32,000 nucleotides of DNA from an uncultured Fibrobacteraceae bacterium (GCA_963735155.1 CAVTJU010000001.1:216223-248222), one strand, 5' to 3'. Positions 9,045 through 17,262 are shown, counted from the first letter of the stretch. Notes: generated by a model from the sequence alone, not told the origin. A program made the numbers and translations.

Positions 9045-10541
9045 ATGAGTAAACCACCTCATGTGATCATAATTGGCGCAGGACTGGGCGGATTGGCTTC
9101 AGCGATTTATTGTGCATCGAAAGGAATAAAAGTTACAATTGTAGAAAAAAACAGTCATGCTGGAGGTAAATGTAATCTTTTAGTAAACGGGGGATTTTCT
9201 TTTGACCTTGGACCATCGATTCTGCTATTACCGGATATTTTCCGTTCTGTTTATCAAATCGCAGGGAAAAAATTTGATGATTATGTAAGTATAAGGCCTC
9301 TTGATATTCAATGGAGAAGTTTTTTTTGTGATGGGACAGTTATTGACCTCTATGCAGATTACAAGAAAACTGCAGATTGCCTGGTAATACCTGGAAAGAC
9401 AAAGAGTAACAGATTTGAAGCGTTTTATAAGTACGCAACGCATCAGTATACAGTTTTAAACGAACTCTACCTTAACAGAAACATAAATTCTCTATTTGAC
9501 CTGCTGAAATGCAAAGACATTTTCAAACTGTTTACACTTGATCTTTTCAGAACAATGCACGGAAGTACAAAGTGTTTTTTTAAAGATAAGCATCTTATAG
9601 ATGTTTTCGATTACTTTATAAAATATGTGGGCTCTTCGGCATATAAAGCTCCTGCATTCATGAATTTGCTTTCCGGAGCACAATTCTCGACAGGGTTATG
9701 GTATGTAAATGGAGGAATTTATAATATTGTCAGGGGATATCTCAGGTTAATCGAAACGATCGGTGTTGAAATAAAGCTCAACTCCGAAGTCAAGATGATT
9801 ATAACAAAGGGAAATAAAGTTTCGGGAGTTCTTCTCCACACAGGAGAACAAATTTACGCAGATGCAATAATATCAAATATGGAAGTGTTGCCTGTTTACC
9901 AGATGCTTTTACCTTGTGCTAAAAAAACGACTGAATGTATGCGGAAGTTTGAACCATCATGTTCAGGACTTGTTATACATTTAGGAGTGGATAAAGTGTA
10001 TACCGAATTGGCACATCATAATTTTTTCTTTTCAGAAGATCAGCAAAAGTACTTTCACTCTGTATTTGAGGAATACCAGCTCCCTGAGGATCCTACAATC
10101 TATGTGGTTGCTCCTTCAAGAAGCGATCCGTCCGTTGCTCCATCAGGATATGATAATATAAAGATTCTTCCTCATATACCACATCTTGTTCCGGGCAGAC
10201 ATTTAAGTCAATCAGAATATAAAGCATTTGGAGAAAGAGTTATTCAAAAGCTCGAACAAATGGGGCTGTATGATCTTCGAAAACATATCATTTTTCAGGA
10301 TTTCTGGACTCCTTATGATATTTATAATAAGTACTACTCAAATGAAGGATCGATTTACGGAATAGTTACCGATTTCTGGAAAAATTATGCATTTAAAGCT
10401 CCGAGACAAAGCAGAATGTTCAAAAATTTATTCTTTGCAGGAGGAAGTGTAAATCCGGGAGGAGGCATGCCGATGGTGACACTGTCAGGGATGCATGCGG
10501 GGAAAATGGTTGTGCAGCAGTTTAACAGAAAATATGTGTAG
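9045..10541 (+). CDS. CrtI/CrtN/CrtP-family carotenoid desaturase or oxidase
   Basis: 498 aa. The N-terminal dinucleotide fold is intact (VIIIGAGLGGLASAIYCASKGIKVTIVEKNSHAGGK). Also has GFSFDLGPS and the C-terminal signature NLFFAGGSVNPGGGMPMVTLSG. Confidence 0.9.
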   Translation: MSKPPHVIIIGAGLGGLASAIYCASKGIKVTIVEKNSHAGGKCNLLVNGGFSFDLGPSILLLPDIFRSVYQIAGKKFDDYVSIRPLDIQWRSFFCDGTVIDLYADYKKTADCLVIPGKTKSNRFEAFYKYATHQYTVLNELYLNRNINSLFDLLKCKDIFKLFTLDLFRTMHGSTKCFFKDKHLIDVFDYFIKYVGSSAYKAPAFMNLLSGAQFSTGLWYVNGGIYNIVRGYLRLIETIGVEIKLNSEVKMIITKGNKVSGVLLHTGEQIYADAIISNMEVLPVYQMLLPCAKKTTECMRKFEPSCSGLVIHLGVDKVYTELAHHNFFFSEDQQKYFHSVFEEYQLPEDPTIYVVAPSRSDPSVAPSGYDNIKILPHIPHLVPGRHLSQSEYKAFGERVIQKLEQMGLYDLRKHIIFQDFWTPYDIYNKYYSNEGSIYGIVTDFWKNYAFKAPRQSRMFKNLFFAGGSVNPGGGMPMVTLSGMHAGKMVVQQFNRKYV

Positions 10542-10967
10542 ATGTACACCTCAAAAGTGGAATAAGCAATTTCAAAGAGAAAATCTAATAAAGTCAACTA
10601 CTAGGAAAAATGGAAAAAATGTATTATTATTGAATACGGGAATACGAATGAGATAACTTATTCGTTGGTTGCTATTAGTCAATTAAAAAATTACAAGTAT
10701 GAGAAATGCATTGTTAATATTAAAAATTTCAATCGACAATATCAAATGGTTCAATATTTACTGAATTTGAGAGTAGAATAAAAAAATAAGAAATGATCAT
10801 AGTGAGTTCGATGGAAATATGATATTATTAACCCAAATTGATAACAATCAATACTTAGTAAAAGTATTTTATGGGACAAATGGTGATCTTTACAATTTGA
10901 TTGATCAAGTTTATAAAAATATGTGATCACTGTAATGTTAATTTTTTTTCAAGAGTATCAAGCAGAA

Positions 10968-10982
10968 CGGGAATAATTCCCG
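10968..10982 (-). terminator. possible terminator hairpin downstream of the 942-aa gene
   Basis: Perfect inverted repeat CGGGAAT-A-ATTCCCG, 32 nt after the stop at 11014. The minus-strand trailing sequence is only moderately T-rich. Confidence 0.3.
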
Positions 10983-11013
10983 CTATGCTCTAAAAAAGTA
11001 AGATCCCACCGTA

Positions 11014-13842
11014 CTAAGCTAATACTGGTTCCTTAATCTTCTGCTGAACTTCCTTTTGCGTTTTCTTTTTCTTTGGAGTTGGAGCATTGTGAATCATCTG
11101 TATTATTTCAGGACCATGCCACTGAAAAGGAGCAGTATCATCTCTCCAGTAAAGTACAGGCTTTCCATTCTCAATGGTGACAAGTTCCAGATTTCCATAC
11201 TGTCCGAAATTACTCTGAATCATTGAAACCGCGTTTACTTCTGTACATCCGAAATAAACCGGCCCGTTCCAGAAATTTCCTTCTTTACAGTAGTGAGCAA
11301 ATCCGCCGCCCTTTACCGGGGCTACTAATTCAAGATTTCCCGGCAGACTGCTGCTTTCTCTTTGAATTAACGATGGAACTCCGGTGAAACCAGGACCCCC
11401 AAAATAAAAGGGGCCAAACCAGTGATACGGTATAGAATTTTCCCGCCAATAGTAAACTAATCTGCCATGCTTCTTTTCTATTGCGACAACTTCAAGACAC
11501 CCATGCTCACCATAATTATTCTGGATCAACGCAACACCGGAAATCTTTACATCAGGATCACCAAAAAAGACAGGCTCTGTCCATGGGAAGCCACTACTAT
11601 GATTATCTCTTGAAAGATGAGCCAAACCACCGTTTTGCATAGGAATAACCAGTTCAAAATTGCCTTGTGATCCACCCATATTACCTTGAATAAAAGCGGG
11701 ATTGCCGCTGAAATCATAAGAGGAAAAGGCAGCTACAATTTCCTTATGCCAATTAAAAGGCCAGGTATCCTCGCGCCAGTAGTAGTGGAGGTGATTATTG
11801 CATCGGGCAATAACTTCCAAATTCCCTGAATCACCAAAAGTGCTTTGGATCATGCAGCAAGAAGAAATATTAGTGGAGTCAATTAGAGTCGGCCCATACC
11901 ACTTAAGCGACGGATCATCATTGTTGCGCAAGTAGTGCTCTAGTCCAATTCCAGGCCGAGGAATAACAAGTTCGAAATTACCTCTGACTTTACCAAGATT
12001 TCCCTGTTTAAAGAAGCCACTGCTTGACCGTGCATGATTATTTTGATAATGTATAGCAGGTGTATAGAATTTCCTTAAAGTCCAATCACCAAGAATATTC
12101 CATGAATAGCATTTTTTTCTGTCGGATGGATTCTTAGCAAGAGTTGCATTTTGTGATTCCTGTTGGAAGTATTCTTTCCATCCATTACCAAGATGCGCTT
12201 CATCAGATGAACCGAATCCGATTCCAAATCCTTTTGGCCCTTCGGCATACATTCGCGATCGGGATAAAACGGAGAGACCATTTAGAAAAAACAGAATTCC
12301 TTCAGATGTCTGACAAGCGCCATATTCCTGGCTGTTATAGGGAACCGTATCTGCTTTGTCAGGAGTATTTGCATCAAATCCAGTATGAAGAAAGAAGCTG
12401 GGAGTTGTATTCTGAAGAACTTTATTTTCATACAATGTTCTGTAAAGATTAAGATCAGCTGTATGGAGTCCTTCAAAAGAGGGAATAAATTCATTATCTC
12501 TTTGTATCCAGCGCCATGGAGAGCCGCCAGATTCGATTTCGATCTGAGCAAAATTATCATTACGGAAGACAGTCATCGATGATGATCTTCCGGATGTATG
12601 GGCGCCGATACCACGGATTGTGACGGGTAGTTTCAGCCATCTTACAAAATCCAGTAGTGAAGCATTATGAATTTCATCGGTCGATGTGCTGATACCATAA
12701 AATCCATCATTTACTGATTCAAGGCCGAAATCGTACTCTATATTGGAAATAGTGGTTTCATTGCTGCTGTATTTACCATTGCGAAAGGCATGGTTACGGT
12801 CGAAATAGTCAATAAACAGTTTTCGTTCAAGTGCAGCACTGTGTTTCCAATTGAAAATATCCGCCGAAACGGTATCGTTGAAGTCTGCGTGTGCAGGTTT
12901 ACCGTTGCTATCCAGCAAAGAAGAATCCGGGTTTGTTGCAATATGCCGGGCATTTATTCTTGATACGATGATATCGGGCTGAGCGATTGCATTACTGTGA
13001 AGTCTGTCGTTTGTTCCCAGTTCGGAGTTCATTTGATTGAACGCGGCGCGGGTACTATCAAGTTGATTTGAGTTCATAATGAGGGTGATAGAGTCTTGCG
13101 TTTGTGAGTCAAGCCGCCATTCATCATCTTTTATCCAGAAGAAGTCCTCGAAGGACATGCTGTCTTGCCTGTAATTGCCTCTTTTACAAGTAACTTTGGT
13201 CCATCTTGCAGGGAGCATCTGTTCAGAATCAGGTTTAAAGATACCATAATTGATTGTGTCGGATGTATGATAAATGTTTTCCCAATTTCCACTAAGATTT
13301 GAAAGCACTATTTCTGACCGGTATCCATGAATACATGCACCTACATGGTAAGCGAGGGTACCAGCTGGAAATGATGCGTTTTCTGAAGGAACGGAAAAAG
13401 CTAAAGTTTCGGGTCTGAGCCAGGTGCGGACGATCATTGCTTCAGGAAATGACCCTACAAGTATAGCACCTTCAAATTTTTCATAGGTGTTTTTAATCTC
13501 TCTGAAGAACTCTCTAATTGCAAGCAGTTTTTTTCCATCCCTGTGCTGTTTATCTGCGAAAATTTTAGTTTCAATAAACTTTGACTGGAAGCCTTCCTTT
13601 TGCAAATCACTTTTAAAGCTGTAGAGGCGTTTCAAAAGATCTGCAGGTGAATAAATGCAATCTGGTATTGGTTCCAGAAGTCTGGATTCGACCAATACGA
13701 GAATCATTTTTTTTGAATTATCAAGTTCATCGGTGGCTGATTCAAATGGGAGAAGATTGAGAGATTCGATATCAGGTTGTGAATCATCAGTGGTGGAAAA
13801 ATTATTGAAACTTTTAAGAATTGAAAAAAAATCCGTGCTCAC
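11014..13842 (-). CDS. large hypothetical protein: unknown ~600-aa N-terminal region, six propeller-like repeats and a Lys-rich tail
   Basis: One long uninterrupted ORF. I move the start to GTG 13842, preceded by AAGGAGG with a 5-nt spacer, giving MSTDFFSILKS... (942 aa) with no signal peptide. The track's start at 14028 would overlap lon head-to-head and has no SD. Confidence 0.8.
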   Translation of the reverse strand: MSTDFFSILKSFNNFSTTDDSQPDIESLNLLPFESATDELDNSKKMILVLVESRLLEPIPDCIYSPADLLKRLYSFKSDLQKEGFQSKFIETKIFADKQHRDGKKLLAIREFFREIKNTYEKFEGAILVGSFPEAMIVRTWLRPETLAFSVPSENASFPAGTLAYHVGACIHGYRSEIVLSNLSGNWENIYHTSDTINYGIFKPDSEQMLPARWTKVTCKRGNYRQDSMSFEDFFWIKDDEWRLDSQTQDSITLIMNSNQLDSTRAAFNQMNSELGTNDRLHSNAIAQPDIIVSRINARHIATNPDSSLLDSNGKPAHADFNDTVSADIFNWKHSAALERKLFIDYFDRNHAFRNGKYSSNETTISNIEYDFGLESVNDGFYGISTSTDEIHNASLLDFVRWLKLPVTIRGIGAHTSGRSSSMTVFRNDNFAQIEIESGGSPWRWIQRDNEFIPSFEGLHTADLNLYRTLYENKVLQNTTPSFFLHTGFDANTPDKADTVPYNSQEYGACQTSEGILFFLNGLSVLSRSRMYAEGPKGFGIGFGSSDEAHLGNGWKEYFQQESQNATLAKNPSDRKKCYSWNILGDWTLRKFYTPAIHYQNNHARSSSGFFKQGNLGKVRGNFELVIPRPGIGLEHYLRNNDDPSLKWYGPTLIDSTNISSCCMIQSTFGDSGNLEVIARCNNHLHYYWREDTWPFNWHKEIVAAFSSYDFSGNPAFIQGNMGGSQGNFELVIPMQNGGLAHLSRDNHSSGFPWTEPVFFGDPDVKISGVALIQNNYGEHGCLEVVAIEKKHGRLVYYWRENSIPYHWFGPFYFGGPGFTGVPSLIQRESSSLPGNLELVAPVKGGGFAHYCKEGNFWNGPVYFGCTEVNAVSMIQSNFGQYGNLELVTIENGKPVLYWRDDTAPFQWHGPEIIQMIHNAPTPKKKKTQKEVQQKIKEPVLA
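11098..12024 (-). repeat. six tandem ~47-55-aa protein repeats (beta-propeller-like blades) within the 942-aa CDS
   Basis: Recurrent pattern (I/F)IQxN(F/Y/M)Gx2-3GN(L/F)E(L/V)V...GGLxHY / LxYYWR(D/E)...W.GP. Approximate blade boundaries: 11869-12024, 11710-11868, 11545-11709, 11386-11544, 11239-11385, 11098-11238. Blades alternate between two subtypes (GNFELVIP...H..RDN versus GNLEVV...YYWRE). Confidence 0.7.
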
Positions 13843-14068
13843 TACTGCCTCCTTTAGTAAAACAAAGTAAACAATTAAGAGAGATTGCTTTGGAAATAGA
13901 GAGGGAACGTAAGGCAAAGAGTAACATTTGTGAGAAAAAAGAGAGGAATCAAATGCCCCACGGTAAACAATAATATAGGTAATAATACAAATATTACGCA
14001 AGTAGAAGGATAAAAAAATGGATGGCATCTTAATTGCCGCTTGCGTGATGTACTGTTGGGGGGCTAAA

Positions 14069-16453
14069 ATGTCAGATCAAATAGCTGAAAATCTACCTTT
14101 CGAAATAGTCATTCTCCCCATTCGTATCGCGGTTGCATATCCTCTTGTAGCGATTCCAGTGGAAGTTAATTTATCAAAATCCATAAAATTGGTTGAACAA
14201 TCATGGAGAGATAATCGTCAAATAGGATTATTGACTATCAAAGATCACCTGATTGAAACCAGAAGAGGTCAACAGCAAGAATTCCCGACTTCAGATCAAA
14301 TATATTCAACCGGAACGCTGGCCACTATAGAACAGATAATAAAAGTAAGAAAGAACGTGCTGCAGGTTATCTTTCAGGGGATTGAAAAGTTTGACATCGA
14401 GGAGTGGACAGGTACTGATCCGTATTTGCGCGCAAGGATCAGGATCAGATATGATGAGTATTATGAAGATAATGAAGATATCGAAATGGAAGCAATGAAA
14501 AGAAGTTTACGGGATTTATCAAAAGAGGTTGTATTGCTTGCACCGGAATTACCAAAAGAGGTAATTCAAATTATCGATTCAATCGAAAGTACACGTCATT
14601 TAATCTACTTTGTGGCTTCAATAGCGAGTCTGACCATAGCAGAAAAGCAGAAAATCCTTGACCTTGATAATTTAAAAGAAAAGTGCCGTATTTTACTTGC
14701 GAACCTGACTAAGGAAAAAGAGGTGGTTGCATTGGGAAAAAAGATCCAGGCTGATGTCAGGGAGGAAGTTGATAAAACACAAAAAGAATTTTTTCTTCGT
14801 CAGGAACTCAAAGCTATTCATAAAGAGCTTGGAGAAAAAGAAGAAAATATCGTTAGTGAATATACTGAAAAAATTAATAAAGCGAATATGTCTGATGAAG
14901 CAAAAAAAGAAGTAACAAAAGAGCTGGAACGATTGACTACAATGTCACCGCAATCAGCTGAATATCCTGTGGTGAAGAATTATCTTGATTGGATTGTTGA
15001 GTTGCCGTGGCAAATAAAAAGCAATGACCAGATTGACATTGAAAATGCCCGGCGGATTCTTGATAATGATCATTATGATATTAATGATGTAAAGGATAGG
15101 ATACTTGAGTATCTTGCGGTAAAGAAAATTATAAAAGAGCGTAATATACCTACAGATAAAGAGTCCGGAGAGACCGCGACGATTCTTTGTTTTGTGGGTC
15201 CTCCGGGAGTAGGGAAGACAAGTTTAGGGCAGAGTATTGCCCGTGCTCTTGGACGCAAATTTACAAGGATGAGTTTGGGTGGAATACGGGATGAAGCAGA
15301 AATACGGGGCCATCGCAGAACGTATGTTGGAGCTCTTCCCGGACGCATCATTCAGGCTTTGAAAAGAGTTGGCACACGCAATCCTGTATTCATGCTTGAT
15401 GAAATAGATAAGGTTGGAGTTGACTGGAGGGGGGATCCCAGCAGTGCCTTACTGGAAGTTTTGGACCCTGCGCAGAATCACTCCTTTCGGGATAACTATC
15501 TCGATGTGGATTTCGATTTGAGTGAGATCATGTTTATTACAACTGCAAATCAGCTGGAGACTATCCTTCCTCCTTTGCGGGACAGAATGGAAATAATTCA
15601 GCTTGACGGGTACACAGAATATGAGAAACTTATAATAGCAATAAAGTATCTAATTCCAAGACAACTGAAGGTAAATGGACTCAGGGAACATGAAATTGTA
15701 TTTACAGAAGAATCAATCAAGAAAATTATTCAGGATTATACACGCGAAGCCGGTGTCCGTAATCTCGAAAGACAAATTGGAACTGTCTGCCGGAAATGTG
15801 TTATAAAGATCGCTTCAAAAGAAACTTCGCAATTGGTAATCTCGCCGGAACAGATTCGTACTTATTTGAAAAGAGAAAAGTTCGAGTCAGAAATATCGGA
15901 AACAGTAGATATTCCGGGAATTGTTACCGGATTAGCGGTAACTGATTCCGGTGGGGAAATACTTTTCATTGAAGCTACACATATGAAAGGAAAGGGTGAA
16001 TTGACAATTACAGGGCAGTTAGGCGCTGTGATGCGGGAGAGCGCTCAGATAGCTCACAGTTTTGTCCGATCAAAAGCTACTCAATTGGGTATCGATCCAG
16101 ATGAGTTCGGAAAAACCGATATTCATCTTCATGTCCCCGCCGGGGCTACACCTAAGGATGGTCCTTCAGCCGGTTTAGCGATGGTAGTAGCTATCGCCAG
16201 TCTCTTTAGCAATAAGCCCATAAACAGCACCATAGGAATGACAGGCGAAGCAACATTACGTGGACGTGTTTTACCAGTTGGCGGAATAAAAATGAAATCT
16301 CTGGCTGCTCACCGTGCCGGAATAAAAAAAGTAATTCTACCTAAACGCAATGAGAAAGATCTCGAAGAATTACCTGAAGATATTTTAAAGTCAATTGATT
16401 TTGTATTGGTTGAAAAAATTGATGATGCATTAAGGGAAGTTTTCCTGTTATAA
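14069..16453 (+). CDS. lon: ATP-dependent Lon protease (LonA)
   Basis: N-terminal LON domain (LPFEIVILPIRIAVAYP), Walker A GPPGVGKTS, Walker B FMLDEIDK, and protease Ser in PKDGPSAG with downstream GGIKMKSLAAHRAG. Start placed at ATG 14069 (MSDQIAENLPF...). Confidence 0.95.
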   Translation: MSDQIAENLPFEIVILPIRIAVAYPLVAIPVEVNLSKSIKLVEQSWRDNRQIGLLTIKDHLIETRRGQQQEFPTSDQIYSTGTLATIEQIIKVRKNVLQVIFQGIEKFDIEEWTGTDPYLRARIRIRYDEYYEDNEDIEMEAMKRSLRDLSKEVVLLAPELPKEVIQIIDSIESTRHLIYFVASIASLTIAEKQKILDLDNLKEKCRILLANLTKEKEVVALGKKIQADVREEVDKTQKEFFLRQELKAIHKELGEKEENIVSEYTEKINKANMSDEAKKEVTKELERLTTMSPQSAEYPVVKNYLDWIVELPWQIKSNDQIDIENARRILDNDHYDINDVKDRILEYLAVKKIIKERNIPTDKESGETATILCFVGPPGVGKTSLGQSIARALGRKFTRMSLGGIRDEAEIRGHRRTYVGALPGRIIQALKRVGTRNPVFMLDEIDKVGVDWRGDPSSALLEVLDPAQNHSFRDNYLDVDFDLSEIMFITTANQLETILPPLRDRMEIIQLDGYTEYEKLIIAIKYLIPRQLKVNGLREHEIVFTEESIKKIIQDYTREAGVRNLERQIGTVCRKCVIKIASKETSQLVISPEQIRTYLKREKFESEISETVDIPGIVTGLAVTDSGGEILFIEATHMKGKGELTITGQLGAVMRESAQIAHSFVRSKATQLGIDPDEFGKTDIHLHVPAGATPKDGPSAGLAMVVAIASLFSNKPINSTIGMTGEATLRGRVLPVGGIKMKSLAAHRAGIKKVILPKRNEKDLEELPEDILKSIDFVLVEKIDDALREVFLL

Positions 16454-16530
16454 TATAGAATAGCTATAAGGTAATAAGCTTTAAATTTATTGAAGCTTAT
16501 GAAAATAAAATTTTGCCTAAGCACGTTTTT

Positions 16531-16727
16531 TTTACCTTTTCTATAGTAACCCCAAAAGGTGCAGCACTGGGGACCGTATTGGCATTTATGATGTCAGTAA
16601 TTGGTCTATCACTACCTGAGATGGTTATCTTGTGCAAAGTCTTGAAATCAAGACATATCGCACTTTTATAGCAATTATTGGGTGTGGAATGGTTGCTGTG
16701 GTTTTTTATTCAATCTTGTTACAATAA
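16531..16727 (+). pseudogene. 3' relic of an ArsP-type (PF03773-like) permease gene, 5'-truncated and frameshifted
   Basis: Reads ...FSIVTPKGAALGTVLAFMMSVIGLSLPEMVILCKVLKSRHIALL* (TAG 16669-16671). It then continues in another frame as FIAIIGCGMVAVVFYSILLQ* (TAA 16725-16727). Adding one T to the T4 run at 16664-16667 joins them. Only about the last 60 codons exist, and the lon stop is 78 nt upstream. Confidence 0.6.
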
Positions 16728-16847
16728 AAATTGTACTTCGAGGTTGAATAAAACCTTAAAATGAAACAGAAACTATTATATAATGTGTCAAATAATTAGT
16801 TGTTTGGGCAAATAATGCGATGATTCGGGAATAAATATTATTTAATA

Positions 16848-16896
16848 TTGACTTTGCGGTTTTTAACAGATATATTTCGTTGTGTGGCGAAATATA
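16848..16896 (+). promoter_or_regulatory. near-consensus sigma70-type promoter with overlapping inverted-repeat operator (candidate ArsR site)
   Basis: TTGACT (16848-16853), a 17-nt spacer, then TATATT (16871-16876). The -10 is the left arm of TATATTTCG-N8-CGAAATATA (16871-16879 / 16888-16896). A GAAGGAGG SD and ATG 16926 follow. Confidence 0.45.
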
Positions 16897-16925
16897 AAAA
16901 CAACTATCAACCGAAGGAGGAAAAG

Positions 16926-17216
16926 ATGGCAGATTATAACATTAGCAAAAAATTAAAAAAGTATTTTCACAGAGCAAGTGAAAGAGCTTATCGTCATCGG
17001 TGCTGCAATTGCCTGTAACTGCGAAACCTGATTCAAATTTCATTATGATAAGGCACGCAAGATTGACATTTCTAACGAAGATGTGCTCGCAGTGGTAAAA
17101 ATGGGGATTATGTAAAAGATACATCAGCGCATGTAATTAAAGACCTTGCATACAAATACCTTAATGAGAGTAATAAGCAGGATTGTCGATCGACAACAAG
17201 GAATTGGTGCAGCTAA
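16926..17216 (+). pseudogene. AhpD/carboxymuconolactone-decarboxylase-like small redox protein gene with two frameshifts and TGA at the CxxC second-Cys position
   Basis: Frame A reads MADYNISKKLKKYFHRASE.... The conserved core is in frame +1: KELIVIGAAIACNCET[TGA 17029-17031]FKFHYDKARKIDISNEDVLAVVKMG. The tail returns to frame A: DYVKDTSAHVIKDLAYKYLNES...* (TAA 17214-17216). Strong SD at 16913-16920. Confidence 0.6.
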
Positions 17217-17262
17217 TACGGTATATAGACTCTATTGTACATAATAAAGGTGGATTCTAATA

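Noticed and set aside
10819-10926. 35-codon ORF (MILLTQIDNNQYLVKVFYGTNGDLYNLIDQVYKNM) in the AT-rich 470-bp spacer.
   Set aside because: It has no SD and no recognisable motif. AT-rich spacers throw up such ORFs by chance, so it is not supportable without conservation or expression data.
13843-14068. Track ORF starts that make the 1004-aa ORF (to 14028) and lon (from 14018) overlap head-to-head.
   Set aside because: Both extensions are hydrophobic or low-complexity read-through without SD sequences. The GTG at 13842 (AAGGAGG SD) and ATG at 14069 (canonical Lon N-terminus) instead give a normal 226-bp divergent promoter region.
14069-16453. Lon as part of a phage-defence (BrxL-like) or toxin system with the neighbouring large protein.
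   Set aside because: The architecture is canonical housekeeping LonA (LON N-domain, AAA+, S16 protease with Ser-Lys dyad). The genes are divergent rather than co-oriented, and no other defence-type genes are adjacent.
17029-17110. Search for a bacterial SECIS hairpin after the in-frame TGA of the AhpD-like gene.
   Set aside because: The only hairpin I found is a weak one, ACATTTC-TAAC-GAAgATGT, about 38 nt downstream. It has no G in the loop, and its spacing and shape do not fit the usual bSECIS. The Sec interpretation therefore stays speculative.
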